64,000 nucleotides of DNA from Longimicrobiales bacterium (GCA_965218295.1 CBDCKN010000013.1:352001-416000); one strand, 5' to 3'; shown: positions 1 to 10,082, numbered from the stretch's first letter. The notes: generated from the sequence alone by a model not told the origin. Translations and numbers: made by a program.

Positions 1-318
1 GACTTCGTCCCCGGTCTCGGCCGCTTGAATGCCGCGGTGGGAGCCGGATTCGGTCTCTACCAGGGCCAGGTCAGCAATGTGGTGGAAGCCAATAACAACG
101 CCTTCATCCTCGCGCAGGTCGACTACATTGCGGCCGACACCACACTTTTCGAGGAGGAGCGGTTGGCGCAGCGGTTACAGATGGTGGCCAACGTTCAGCA
201 GACGCGTCTCCAGGATTGGCTCCAGGGCCTGCGGGCCGCGGCTCGCATCGTGGACCGCCGCGACGAGGTCCTGAACGCCGACCCGGCGGATCAGCCGCTG
301 ATCCCGCCGATCTTCTAG
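1..318 (+). CDS. C-terminal part of a PpiD/SurA-like periplasmic chaperone/PPIase (5' end outside window)
   Basis: Open frame from window start; FGLYQGQVSNVVEA..WLQGLRAAARIVDRR resembles PpiD/SurA C-termini. Confidence 0.6.
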   Translation, partial: DFVPGLGRLNAAVGAGFGLYQGQVSNVVEANNNAFILAQVDYIAADTTLFEEERLAQRLQMVANVQQTRLQDWLQGLRAAARIVDRRDEVLNADPADQPLIPPIF

Positions 319-342
319 GAGCGCCCGCGTCCGGAGAGGCTC

Positions 343-630
343 CTAGGGGTCGGAGCTCTCGTACTTCTCCACGTCTGGCGACGTGGTCAGCTTTCTCGGC
401 TCCTGGTCCTGGTCCTCGTCATCCGCCGACGTGGAAGACGTTACCGATTCTTGCCGCGACTCATCCACAGCCTGGACCTCCCGTTCGATCTCTCGAATCG
501 AGCCCTTGAACTCCCGAATGCCCTTCCCCAGGGATGATCCGATCTCCGGAAGCCGCTTGGCGCCGAAGAGGAGGAGGACGACCAGGAAGATCAGGAGCAT
601 CTCCCACATGCCGAGTCCGCCGAGTCCCAT
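343..630 (-). CDS. tatA: Twin-arginine translocase TatA/E
   Basis: MWEMLLIFLVVLLLFGAKRLPEIGSSLGKGIREFK signature. Confidence 0.95.
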   Translation of the reverse strand: MGLGGLGMWEMLLIFLVVLLLFGAKRLPEIGSSLGKGIREFKGSIREIEREVQAVDESRQESVTSSTSADDEDQDQEPRKLTTSPDVEKYESSDP

Positions 631-669
631 GATATCAACCTCCGTTAGAGGTCCGTCCAGACCTTTGCC

Positions 670-948
670 TCAGATCCAGGATCGGACGATAAATGCTACG
701 ATCGAGATTCCAACGAGCGTCAGCACGTTCAGGCTCAATGTGAGTGGCCCGATCGTGAACGCAACAGCGACCAGATCGATGGACAGAGGCCCGATGGACG
801 CTTCCACCGCAGTGCTGAGAAACGACTTGGCCGCGCTCTCCGGAAGGAACAGCTCGGACAACTTGGTGAGCAGTCCTCCCAACAGCAGCCCGAGCACCTG
901 AGTCCAGGCCAGGCGCTTTACGTTCCGCCGATACGTATCAACTAGCAT
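670..948 (-). CDS. Small membrane protein, DUF4321-like (start uncertain)
   Basis: Two hydrophobic segments with PLSIDLVAVAFTIG..LSLNVLTLVGI motif. Confidence 0.6.
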   Translation of the reverse strand: MLVDTYRRNVKRLAWTQVLGLLLGGLLTKLSELFLPESAAKSFLSTAVEASIGPLSIDLVAVAFTIGPLTLSLNVLTLVGISIVAFIVRSWI

Positions 949-1017
949 ACGGTCCGCAGGCGCGTCTGGTTCCCATTCTTCTGTGGATCACGGATGGTCG
1001 GAGCGTAGCCCCCGGCA

Positions 1018-2025
1018 TCAGCGGTCGCGGTCGATGGCGTACGCCACGGCGCTCCGGAGCGCCTCGACGGCAAGATCTTCCGGGATGTCGCGGAGCGCCT
1101 CGTCGGCGCGTTCGGCGTAGAAGTCCGCCTGGTCCCGGGCGTATAGGAGTCCCCCCCTGTCACGGACGATACCGATGACGCGCTGGATCTCCTCGTCGGA
1201 AGCCTCGACCAGGGTGAAGAAGTCCCGGATCTCTGCCATCTCGCCGCCCGATACGTTGGCCAGGGCCCCCACGAGGGGGAGCGTGACCTTGCGCTCCCTT
1301 AGGTCATGTCCCGAGGGCTTGCCGGTCACCGCCTCGGAGCCGGTGTAGTCCAGCAGGTCATCGGCGATCTGGAATGCCATCCCGAGATTGTGCCCGAAGA
1401 GAGCGAGGGGCTGGCGATACTCACGGGCTCCGTCCAGGGCACCCATCTCGCAGGCCGCCGACATGAGCGACGCAGTCTTCGCCGCGATGAGCCGGTAGTA
1501 ATCCTCCTCGGTGAACTCGAGGGCGTCGTAGGACGTCAACTGGCGCATCTCCCCGACGCTCATCTCGTTGGCCGCGACGGCGAGCACGGCCAACGCTTCG
1601 AGCTTGCCGAGGTGAGTGAGCTCCGTGATCGACCGGCTGTACAGATAGTCGCCCATGATGATGGCGATCTGATGGGTCCAGAGAGCGTTGACCGTGGGGG
1701 AGCCCCGGCGGAGGACGCTGTGATCGACGGCGTCGTCGTGAACCAGCGTAGCCAGGTGCACCAGCTCTACCACAGCCCCCAACGTCACGGCATCGTGCGA
1801 GGGCCTTCCCCCAACCTGATTTGCCAACAGCAGGAGTGTGGGGCGGAACAGCTTCCCCCTCATCAGCAGGAGGTACTCGTTGACCTCCTCGATCATGTCG
1901 AAGTCCGAAACGATGATGCGCTTCAGCTCCTCCTGCACGGACTCCAGCCGACCCCCCACCAGGGACTGCATCGCAGACAGCCCTGGGGGGGGGTCTCTCA
2001 GCAGCAAGCTCCGAGCCGCCTCCAT
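1018..2025 (-). CDS. ispB: Polyprenyl (octaprenyl-type) diphosphate synthase
   Basis: GKLFRP, LVHDDAVD..RRG and AFQIADDLLD motifs; start placed at ATG 2025 because the upstream ORF extension runs through a repeat element. Confidence 0.85.
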   Translation of the reverse strand: MEAARSLLLRDPPPGLSAMQSLVGGRLESVQEELKRIIVSDFDMIEEVNEYLLLMRGKLFRPTLLLLANQVGGRPSHDAVTLGAVVELVHLATLVHDDAVDHSVLRRGSPTVNALWTHQIAIIMGDYLYSRSITELTHLGKLEALAVLAVAANEMSVGEMRQLTSYDALEFTEEDYYRLIAAKTASLMSAACEMGALDGAREYRQPLALFGHNLGMAFQIADDLLDYTGSEAVTGKPSGHDLRERKVTLPLVGALANVSGGEMAEIRDFFTLVEASDEEIQRVIGIVRDRGGLLYARDQADFYAERADEALRDIPEDLAVEALRSAVAYAIDRDR

Positions 2026-2076
2026 CAGCGCACGGCCAGGTTCGACATTGTCATCGATCAGGAATTCGCCGGGTTT

Positions 2077-2348
2077 AGAAGGCTGTGGAGGGAGTACAGC
2101 GGGTCGCGTTAGGAGCGCCGAGGGTCCAGCGCGTAGGCGGCGCGACGACGCGATGCTGTAGTATCGGGGAGGAGCGCCAACACCGGCGATGGGCCCTCGC
2201 CGCCCTAACCCGAAGGGCACAGGGGGGTTGCGGTCTCATAGGTCGTCTCTTCTCCTCGCCGTAGCCCTGCTACGACTCGTCGTCGTTCCTACTCTGAGCC
2301 TCGCAAGACCCCTGTGCGCGACCCACTGTACTCCCTCCACAGCCTTCT
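2077..2348. mobile_element. 272 bp MITE-like element with 32 bp terminal inverted repeats and two internal hairpin arms
   Basis: 2077-2108 AGAAGGCTGTGGAGGGAGTACAGCGGGTCGCG vs reverse complement of 2317-2348 (1 mismatch); non-coding; abuts TAG stop of the TPR gene. Confidence 0.8.
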
Positions 2349-4212
2349 CTAGTCCCGGAGGGCCCGCAAGCGCTCCGTAACGTCCGCGAAGTTGATGTCC
2401 AGAGAAAACACCCTGTCGTAAAACTCTAGGGCCTGGTCCTTGTTCCCAACAGCCTCGTAGGACTTGCCCAAGTAGTAGTAGATGCCCATGAGCTCGTCCT
2501 CGACCTCAAAAGGCGCGTCGAGGGCGCGGGTGAGAGATCGGAGGGCAGCCTCAGGCTCACCCTTCTGAGGAACGTCTGACCGAGCAGCTCGTAAGTGGCA
2601 AGGTGGTCTGCGGAGGCACGTAGCGCCTGTTGGTACTCGCCGATGGCTTCGTCAAGCAGGCCCATCTCCTTGAAGGCCGTACCCAGGTCATAATGTGCCG
2701 TGGCGTCGTCGGCTCCGATGTTCTCGGACACCTTCTCCCGGAACTGCGAGAGCATGCGCTGGAAGTCCGCCGACTCGTCTCCGGTGGGCTCCTCGTAGGC
2801 CACCACGAATCGGGTGGTCTTCTCTTCCTCGTCCCCGAGGAGCATAGAGCCCAGATCGACGTAGGATTCCGCCGAGGAGACCTCCTGAGCCGCCTCGGCC
2901 GCCGTCTCTCCCTCGAGCTGGCCCAACGCCGCCTTGGCCCGCTCGTTGGTGGGATCCGTCGACAGGGCCTGCTCGAACACGGCCTTGGCCCGCGTCTCCT
3001 GCCCGGCCCGCTGCAGACACTCGGCGAGACCCAGGTAGGCCTCTGCGAGGGCCCCCGAGTCGTTGGAGCGGAACGCGTACTCCACCATGCGCTGGTGATG
3101 GTTCTGGTCATCGGGCTCCGCCTCCACGACGGCGGAGAGCGCCTCGATAGCCTCCAGGAAATCTCCCGCGGAAGCCAGAGCCTCGTGATCTGAGACGGCA
3201 TCCTCCGCCTTGGCTTCGGCCACCGACTCTTCCACCGCCGCCTCGACGGCTTCTTCGGCGACAGACCCGTCATCCAGGCCCTCGAGCCCCACCTCGATCT
3301 CGGGACGCTCCTCGGCAGGCGCCTCGACGGCATCCTCTTCGTCATCGTCGAAGGACAAGAGAGGCAGGTCCATAACGGCCTCTTCTTCTTTCTCGTCCGC
3401 CGCTTCGACGTCGAGAGACAGGCCACCCGTGTCCACCTCTACGGCCTCCTCTTCGGCCTCTTCCTCGTCACCCCCGATCTCCAAGCCACCGGCCTCGATC
3501 TCCCCGGGCACGCCCGGCTCCCCGGCGGTGGGCTCCTCGAAGCCAACGTCTCCAAGGCCATCGTCGGCGCCGGAAGCGACGCCGGCCATGGGCGCGGCTT
3601 CGAGCGAAGCGGTGGGATCCATCTCCTGAATCTGGGCCTCGACCTGCGCGGCATCCTCTACCATCCCCTTCCCCATCATGATCTGATGGGCGCCGACCAG
3701 CTGCTGGACGGCCTCGCTCATCCGGTCGTGTTGCCCCAGCTGGGCCGCCAGGAGCTGTCGGATCTCGTAGTCGTCGGGCGCTAGGTCCACGAACTCGATG
3801 AGGGCCCGGAAGGCCTCGTCCATATCCCCGAAGGCCTGTACGCGCTCGGCGTAGGTGATGAAGCTGGCGCGGGCGTCGGTGATGAAGCCCTGTGCCGCCC
3901 GGATCTGGCCGATCTTCAAGTGGATCGTGTACCGATCCGGGAGATTGCGCATCACCTTCTTGCAGATGGCGATCGCGTTGTTGGGAAGCTCCGCCTCGAC
4001 GTAGTAGTCGACGGCCCTCTCGTAGAAGCTCACCGCCTGAGCAGAAGCGCCGGTCCGGGTCGCGAGGTCGCCGGCACGGTTGAACAGGCCGATGTCCGGG
4101 ACGTCCTCGTCGGACATCTGGTCGATGGCCTTGACATACAGGTTCAACGCCTTCTGCCACTCTTCCTTCTGCTCGTGACCCCGGGCCAGCTCTTTTATCG
4201 CTTCTACGCTCA
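2349..4212 (-). CDS. Tetratricopeptide repeat protein with acidic linker; apparent 1-nt frameshift near 2566
   Basis: TPR helices at both ends (HYDLGTAFKEMGLLDEAIGEYQ); shifted frame continues KGEPEAALRSL..YYLGKSYEAVG..DINFADVTERLRALRD to TAG at 2349. Confidence 0.75.
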
Positions 4213-4315
4213 TGTACTCGCACTCGTACTTGAGTCTTCCCACCCCACCCGCAGGTGGAGAGCACTAATCTGCCTGCAAGAGCCGGGAGCACAAGGGGAA
4301 AGCCGCGAGAGCCGA

Positions 4316-4355
4316 CGCGACGCCCCCGATGACCGAAGCCATCGGGGGCGTCGCG
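4316..4355. terminator. Strong GC-rich hairpin downstream of the lipoprotein gene (possible terminator)
   Basis: CGCGACGCCCCCGATG / CATCGGGGGCGTCGCG 16 bp perfect stem; no clear U-tract. Confidence 0.5.
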
Positions 4356-4380
4356 CGGATTCAGGGGACGACGGAGGTGG

Positions 4381-5505
4381 TCAGCGACCCACCAGCTGTG
4401 GGTTTCCGGCCTGGAGCTGGTAGGCCCAGTCGAAGATCATGATCTCCACACCGGTCTGATCCGTTCCCAGCAGAGCAACGCGAATGGCGCCATAGTGAAG
4501 CTGACCATCGTCGCCCACCACACGCAGCATGTACGTGAGCTCCGGCTCCAGGAACACGTCTCCTCCCGTGAACCCCGAGGTCGGGGCGGTCGTCCAATCC
4601 TGGCACTGGGGATCCGCAGCGACGCCGCACTTGAGTGCGGTCGTGAAGGTCCCCTCTGGGAAGATGTCGGCCGAGGGTCCGGGCACCAGCCACCAGCCGA
4701 GGGCGTCGGTCTCCAGCCGGAAGTGCCTGGACGGCGACGATCCGCCGACGATGGGATCCAGCTCGTCGGACTCGGCGAACCGGAATCCGGAACGCGCCGG
4801 GTTGTCGGCGAACGAGACGACCAGCTCTCCCCGGAAGTCGGGCCGGGGCGTCCCCGGGCTCTCGAAGCTGTCCAGGCTCTCGTGGCCGTAGACGTCCACC
4901 GACGACACTACGTACGTGGACGTCACTCCGTTCCTGGCCAGCTCGTCCAGAAAGCCCTCCGAGTCGGTCTCCCCGAGAAGCGTCGCACCGCCGTCAGTCA
5001 GCAGATACACCCGGTAGTGCGAGAAATCGCTGGCGGAGCGGGCGTTGTCACTCCAGCGGATGTAGTTGGTGTCGTCCAGTGCCACCACGTCCATGCCCGA
5101 AGGCACCGGCGGCGGAATGAAAGACGGCACCGAAACCACGATCAGCGCATCCGAGTCGGTCTCCGCACCTGTATCGGGGTCCACCGACGACACGAAGTAC
5201 TCGTAGCTGACGGACTCGACAATGTTCGTGTCGGTGTACTCGCACGCCCCGTCGACACAGCTCGTCACTTCCGCGATCACCAGAAAGGAGGCGTCGCCCA
5301 CGCGCCGACCGTAGACCCGGAAGGACTCTCCGTTCCACTGGGCCCCCAGCAACCAGTGAAGCGTGATCGCGTGGTTGAAATACTCGCCTTCGAGCCCCTC
5401 AGGCGGGGCGGGAAAGTCGTCTACGGGAATGAAGACGGTGTTGTCGTTATCGCAAGCGCCCAGCAGCAGAGCCATCCCAACCACCGCAAAGAACCGTTTC
5501 CACAT
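4381..5505 (-). CDS. Putative lipoprotein with fibronectin type III-like repeats
   Basis: Lipobox LLGA-C; two beta-rich units (PAPPEGL..ITLHW..FRVY..YTDT..YEYFVSSVD). Confidence 0.7.
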   Translation of the reverse strand: MWKRFFAVVGMALLLGACDNDNTVFIPVDDFPAPPEGLEGEYFNHAITLHWLLGAQWNGESFRVYGRRVGDASFLVIAEVTSCVDGACEYTDTNIVESVSYEYFVSSVDPDTGAETDSDALIVVSVPSFIPPPVPSGMDVVALDDTNYIRWSDNARSASDFSHYRVYLLTDGGATLLGETDSEGFLDELARNGVTSTYVVSSVDVYGHESLDSFESPGTPRPDFRGELVVSFADNPARSGFRFAESDELDPIVGGSSPSRHFRLETDALGWWLVPGPSADIFPEGTFTTALKCGVAADPQCQDWTTAPTSGFTGGDVFLEPELTYMLRVVGDDGQLHYGAIRVALLGTDQTGVEIMIFDWAYQLQAGNPQLVGR

Positions 5506-5574
5506 GATTCATCTACCTCACGCTGGGTTCAGCGCCGGGTCTCTCGGATCCCGGCGATCCTCGCCCTACACGTA

Positions 5575-5592
5575 TTGCACAACCGGTACCAA
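5575..5592 (-). promoter_or_regulatory. Candidate sigma54 (-24/-12) promoter
   Basis: Minus strand TTGGTACCGGTTGTGCAA = GG-N10-GC, ~70 nt upstream of the lipoprotein start. Confidence 0.4.
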
Positions 5593-5710
5593 AACTGAAA
5601 ACCGCATACATCAAAGGGTTTCCGTGATGATCGCAGCCAGATCGTCCTCTGGAGAGGACAGGGACCGGACCGCCGAAAGACATGGGCACGGCCATGGAGG
5701 GTGCCGACAC

Positions 5711-5740
5711 TATGTGTGGTGTCCCAGGAGTGTCTCGGCC
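5711..5740 (+). repeat. Truncated left end of the fold-back MITE family
   Basis: GTGTGGTGTCCCAGGAGTGTCTCGGCC matches the left ends of the copies at 26567/34279/40600 (1 mismatch); abuts LptD-like stop. Confidence 0.7.
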
Positions 5741-8736
5741 TAGAACCGGTCCCGGATGTCCGTGTTGCGCTGCTTGTAGTCGAACTTCAGGTCGCGGTTG
5801 TCGATGAGGGACACCTCGAAGCGGAAGGTCCAGTTCCCGGTGGCCGTCTGCAGGAAGTCGAAGTTGGCGTTCCACCGGTGGAGGTCCCTGGTGAGCCGGA
5901 TACGGTGGTCCGTGAAGCTCCGGACGTCGATGTCGTAGGACGTGCCCCAGGTCAGGCTCCAATTCTCGGTGGGACGGAGGCGGAGCCCTACCTGCAGGAG
6001 CTGGCTGGCGGGCAGGTTCTCGTCCCGGTTCCTGCGCAGGGAGTAGTTGAAGTTGGCCGACCATGTGCCCGCGGCTCCACGACGGCGGGCACGCCTCTGA
6101 GCGGCAGGGTCGGCAGAGCCCGAGCCCGGGACCACGACGGATTCGTCGGTCACCCCTATGTCGCCCAAGCCGCCCAGGAGGGGATCCAGATCGTCGGGAT
6201 CCTCGCCCAGGACGGGAACCGTGTCTCCCGGGGCCGCCGCCCGCTCCGCCGCCCGGGCAGCGGCAGCCTCTTCCTCGTCTCCGCCACCCAGGAGGCGCCC
6301 GAGGGCCCGGAGCACCCCCGAGGTATTGCTCATGGCGAAAGAGAAATTGAGCTGAGACATGAGGGGCGACAGGCTACGCTTCCCTTCCTCGCTCCGATCG
6401 AAGAGGTCGTGCTGCACCGACACCGTCAACCCACGGAGGAAGTCGGAGCTGATCTGGTTCTGGAGCCGCGTCGTGGTGAACCCCTCGAGGAAGTCGTCCT
6501 CGTCGCCGGCCCGGACGAAGTCGTAGGTGATCACGCTCGTACGGATGGCCAGAAGGTTCACGATCCTGGAGGCCGGAAGCCTTTGGGGACCGCCCTCCGC
6601 GTCTCGCTCCTGCCGGCGGAGGGCGAGCGCCTCGGCCTCCGCGGCCAGCGAGTCGGCCCTGGCCTCTTGAAGGGAGTCGGAGGCGAACGGATCGTCGAAC
6701 AAGTCGAAGGCGTCCGGGTCGTCCTCGGCCTCTTCCTCGGTCCGGTCCTCGGGCCGCTTGGCCTCGAACGTCTGGTTGAGCCCGAAGCTGAGAACGTTCC
6801 TGGCCTTGGATTCCCGCGCTCCGAACACCGTCTCCTGGATGGCCGAGGGCACGATCTCCGGCGCGTATGCGTACGTGAACGACGGCGAGATCTTGTGACG
6901 GATCGCCTCGAAGCCAGCAAAGCCACCGTAGAAGCCGTAGATGTCGCTCTTGAGCCGGGCGCCGAAGGAGATCCGCGTGGGCCCGGACACGAAGCTCGAG
7001 GCCTCGGGGATGTCGTCGGAGCGCTTCGAGGCGCCGGAGACGCTCAGATCCGGTGTCAGCGTAGTGGTTCCGATCAGCCGCTGCTGATAGTTGAACGCCA
7101 TGCTCCACGTGATGTCGGCTTTGCTCTTGTCCACAAAGCCGGTGGGCAGGGGACCCAGGGTATCCCCCGGGAAGGCCACCAGGGCCGGCACGTCCAGCAC
7201 GCTCGAGCCCGTGAAGCTCAGGCTCTGGTTCCACGAAAAGGCACCGAGGTTGAACGAGCTGCTTACGCTCCCCCTGGTGTTGCTCCCATCGGCCAGGTTC
7301 TCTGAGAAGGCCGAGTCCGCCTGCGCGGCTCGATCAACGGTGCTCTTGCTGTACCGGGCACTCCCCGACCAAGTCATGTTGTTGAAGAACTTGGCCCTGC
7401 TGTCGGGCGCCTTGAAGAGTGTGATGGTCTTGAGGGATAGGTTGGCCGTGGGCAGCGTCATCTCCACCCGATCGTCGCTCAGGAATTGTCGGCGGTTGGC
7501 GCTCAGGGACAGGCTACCCCAGTCGAAGCGCCGGCTCAGGCCTCCGTCGGAGTTGATGGACTGGGTGATCTCCCGTGGATCGAAGGAGTTCTCCCTCACG
7601 AACTGCGAGCTGGAGGCGTAGCGGGCGGAAACGCGGATGGAGGTCCGCTCGTCCATCTGCCAGTTGTGCCCGGTGTCGAAGGAGAGCTCCCTCCCGCCGT
7701 CTACCCTCCAGAAGCGCCGCACATTGGCCCGGCCGTCCAGAAACTTCCGGGTCACCCGGTAGTTGAACCCTCCGGTCAATGCCGTGAAGTTGTCGCTCCA
7801 CCAGTCCAGCGCCACGGTGGCGTCGGCGTAGTCGTTGATGGCCCAGAAGAACCCGACGTTGGACAACCTCCGGGTGTGGCCCCGGGAGCTGCGCACGATG
7901 TCGTTTACGCCGAAGCGTAGAGGCAGGATGCCGCTGCGCCTGCCCGTCTCCGTGCTCTGGAAGATGAAGGGGAGCCAGAACACAGGCACGTCGCCGAAGT
8001 TGAGCGTGACGTTGCGGGCGACGAGCCAGCTCCCGCCGATGGCCTTGAGCTCGCGGGCCGCGAAATGGTAGTGGGGCTCTTCCTCTTCGCACGACGTGAA
8101 GTTGATGTGGTGGCCGAAGACCGTGTCCGGGAGGATGGCCGGAAGATCCCCGTCCATGATCCACGTAGCACCCTCCATCAGCTTGGTCTGAGCGTCGAAG
8201 GCGGATCCCCTGCCCTGCCTCAGGTCATAGATGATGTTCGCGCTCTGCACCGGCTGCTCGCCGGGCCGTTCGGTGACGGTCTCACCAGCGGTCCAAACCA
8301 GGGAATCGGCCAGCGTGATGGTGTCCGCCGCCGTGATGGACTGCCGCTGCTGCGTGAGCTGCGCCGGCGATCCCTCGGCGCCGATGAGGATCAGGCGCTC
8401 CTCCACGGCGTCGAAGCGTGCCTCCGCCGCCTCGTACCGGGCCACGCTGTAGCCTGGAAGCTCCAGGAGCGCTGCCATGAAGCTGTCCGCCGCCGCCACG
8501 GGGGGCGTCTGGGGAGGCCGACGACCACTCAGGGAGTCCCGAAACAGGGTCGAGTCCACGCCAGGGGGCTTCGAGAGCAGCTGGAGCCGCTCCAGAATCC
8601 GGATCCGGGCCGAATCGACCTCCTCTTCCACCGCCTGAGCCGAGAGCGGGGCGGCCGCAGCCAATCCGGCACCGAGAACGCCAAAGGCAAAGAGCCAACG
8701 GGCGAGGCGACCGGCGGGTCGTGCCTCGAACATCAT
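5740..8736 (-). CDS. lptD: LptD-like outer-membrane LPS assembly protein
   Basis: Signal peptide; FTSCEEEEPHYHF..VPVFWLPF..RRSGIL N-domain motif; C-terminal beta-barrel ending RDLHRW..DLKFDY. Confidence 0.8.
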   Translation of the reverse strand: MMFEARPAGRLARWLFAFGVLGAGLAAAAPLSAQAVEEEVDSARIRILERLQLLSKPPGVDSTLFRDSLSGRRPPQTPPVAAADSFMAALLELPGYSVARYEAAEARFDAVEERLILIGAEGSPAQLTQQRQSITAADTITLADSLVWTAGETVTERPGEQPVQSANIIYDLRQGRGSAFDAQTKLMEGATWIMDGDLPAILPDTVFGHHINFTSCEEEEPHYHFAARELKAIGGSWLVARNVTLNFGDVPVFWLPFIFQSTETGRRSGILPLRFGVNDIVRSSRGHTRRLSNVGFFWAINDYADATVALDWWSDNFTALTGGFNYRVTRKFLDGRANVRRFWRVDGGRELSFDTGHNWQMDERTSIRVSARYASSSQFVRENSFDPREITQSINSDGGLSRRFDWGSLSLSANRRQFLSDDRVEMTLPTANLSLKTITLFKAPDSRAKFFNNMTWSGSARYSKSTVDRAAQADSAFSENLADGSNTRGSVSSSFNLGAFSWNQSLSFTGSSVLDVPALVAFPGDTLGPLPTGFVDKSKADITWSMAFNYQQRLIGTTTLTPDLSVSGASKRSDDIPEASSFVSGPTRISFGARLKSDIYGFYGGFAGFEAIRHKISPSFTYAYAPEIVPSAIQETVFGARESKARNVLSFGLNQTFEAKRPEDRTEEEAEDDPDAFDLFDDPFASDSLQEARADSLAAEAEALALRRQERDAEGGPQRLPASRIVNLLAIRTSVITYDFVRAGDEDDFLEGFTTTRLQNQISSDFLRGLTVSVQHDLFDRSEEGKRSLSPLMSQLNFSFAMSNTSGVLRALGRLLGGGDEEEAAAARAAERAAAPGDTVPVLGEDPDDLDPLLGGLGDIGVTDESVVVPGSGSADPAAQRRARRRGAAGTWSANFNYSLRRNRDENLPASQLLQVGLRLRPTENWSLTWGTSYDIDVRSFTDHRIRLTRDLHRWNANFDFLQTATGNWTFRFEVSLIDNRDLKFDYKQRNTDIRDRF

Positions 8737-9530
8737 CCAGCCTCAACCGCGCCCTCCGGCGGCTGGCCGCCGATCTGCCGCTCTTCCCGGCGGCGGTAGA
8801 TCAGGACCGAGAGGAGGATGCTGAACTCGTAGAGGAGCACGAGGGGAGCCATCATCATGACCGTTACCGTGACCACGTCGCCGGGGCTGAGGAAGCTGGC
8901 CAGGACCGTGATCATGACGATGGCGTGACGCCTCTTCTTCCGGAGGAAGGCGGGCGTTACCAGACCCAGAGCCGAGAGGATCATGATCACCACCGGCAGC
9001 TCGAATAGCACTCCAAAGGCCACCAGGAGCTTCGTCACGAAGCCCAGGTAGGGGCCGGCCTGGAGGATGGGGTCCCAGTACTCCTCGCCGAAGAAGAGGA
9101 GGAAGCGGAGGGTGACCGGAAGTGCGATCAGGTACGACATGGCGACGCCGGCCGCGAAGAGGACCAGACCCATGTAGAGGCTGGGGATGATGGCCTTCTT
9201 CTCGTGACGCTCCAACGCCGGAGACAGGAAGGCCCAGATCTGGTAGATGATGATGGGGGAGACCAGGATCACCCCGACCAGAACGCCTATCTTCAGGATC
9301 AGGAAGAAGGGCTCGGTGGGCGAGAAGAACTTGAGCCTCTCCCCCTCGCCCATCACCTGCTCGAGGGGCGCCAGCAGGATCTCCAGGACGCCGAACTGCA
9401 GGACGAGCACGAAGCCCGCGACGCTCCCCAGCACGATGGCAATAAGGCTCCACAAGATCCGCCACCGGAGTTCTTCCAGGTGGTCGAGGAAAGGCATTTC
9501 GCTCCGTGAATTTCGGATTCGCTTCAACAT
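8733..9530 (-). CDS. tatC: Twin-arginine translocase TatC
   Basis: MPFLDHLEELRWR, YQIWAFLSPAL..EKK, FELP motifs. Confidence 0.95.
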   Translation of the reverse strand: MLKRIRNSRSEMPFLDHLEELRWRILWSLIAIVLGSVAGFVLVLQFGVLEILLAPLEQVMGEGERLKFFSPTEPFFLILKIGVLVGVILVSPIIIYQIWAFLSPALERHEKKAIIPSLYMGLVLFAAGVAMSYLIALPVTLRFLLFFGEEYWDPILQAGPYLGFVTKLLVAFGVLFELPVVIMILSALGLVTPAFLRKKRRHAIVMITVLASFLSPGDVVTVTVMMMAPLVLLYEFSILLSVLIYRRREERQIGGQPPEGAVEAG

Positions 9531-9570
9531 TTCGTGTGCTTGCGTGCCGAAAAGGCGGACCCCGGACGGG

Positions 9571-10068
9571 TCAGAGCGGGAGCTCTTCCTGGTTCCGCGA
9601 CCGGACCCTCCGCTCCTCCTGGGTGTTCAGGTCCTGGACCACCTCTTGGAACTCGCCGATGTCCTGGAAGTTCCGGTAAACCGAGGCGAATCGGATGTAG
9701 GCGACCCGATCGAGGGGAGCGAGGCGCTCCATGACCATTTCACCGATGCGCGAGGCGGGAACCTCCGATCGTAGCTGCCCGGTCACATCATCCTCGATGG
9801 CGTCGACCAGGGCGTCGATGTCATCCTGGGTCACCGGGCGTTTGGCGGTGGCGATCGTGATGCTCCGGAACAGCTTGACCCGATCGAACTCCTCGGTCCG
9901 GCCGTCGTGCTTCAGAACGTGCAGGGGCCGCTTCTCGACGTGCTCGTAGGTGGTGAAGCGGGCACCGCACACCGCGCACTCGCGCCGGCGTCTCACGGCA
10001 CGTCCTCCCCGGCTGTCGCGGGTGTCCACGACCCGGTTCTCGGTCGCGTCGCACTCAGGGCAGCGCAT
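9571..10068 (-). CDS. nrdR: Transcriptional repressor NrdR
   Basis: MRCPEC..VVDTR..RRRRECAVCGARFTTYE zinc ribbon plus ATP-cone, VAYIRFASVY. Confidence 0.97.
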   Translation of the reverse strand: MRCPECDATENRVVDTRDSRGGRAVRRRRECAVCGARFTTYEHVEKRPLHVLKHDGRTEEFDRVKLFRSITIATAKRPVTQDDIDALVDAIEDDVTGQLRSEVPASRIGEMVMERLAPLDRVAYIRFASVYRNFQDIGEFQEVVQDLNTQEERRVRSRNQEELPL

Positions 10069-10082
10069 GAGCGGCCGGGCCT

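Noticed and set aside
2217..2317. Long hairpin with central bubble as 6S or SRP RNA
   Set aside because: Too short for 6S, lacks the SRP GGAA/AGCAG motif, and is one arm of a TIR-bounded element
5701..7305. Long antisense ORFs (also 12047-13456, 16382-17689, 30147-31400, 34413-35777)
   Set aside because: Shadow frames of high-GC genes on the opposite strand; no recognisable motifs
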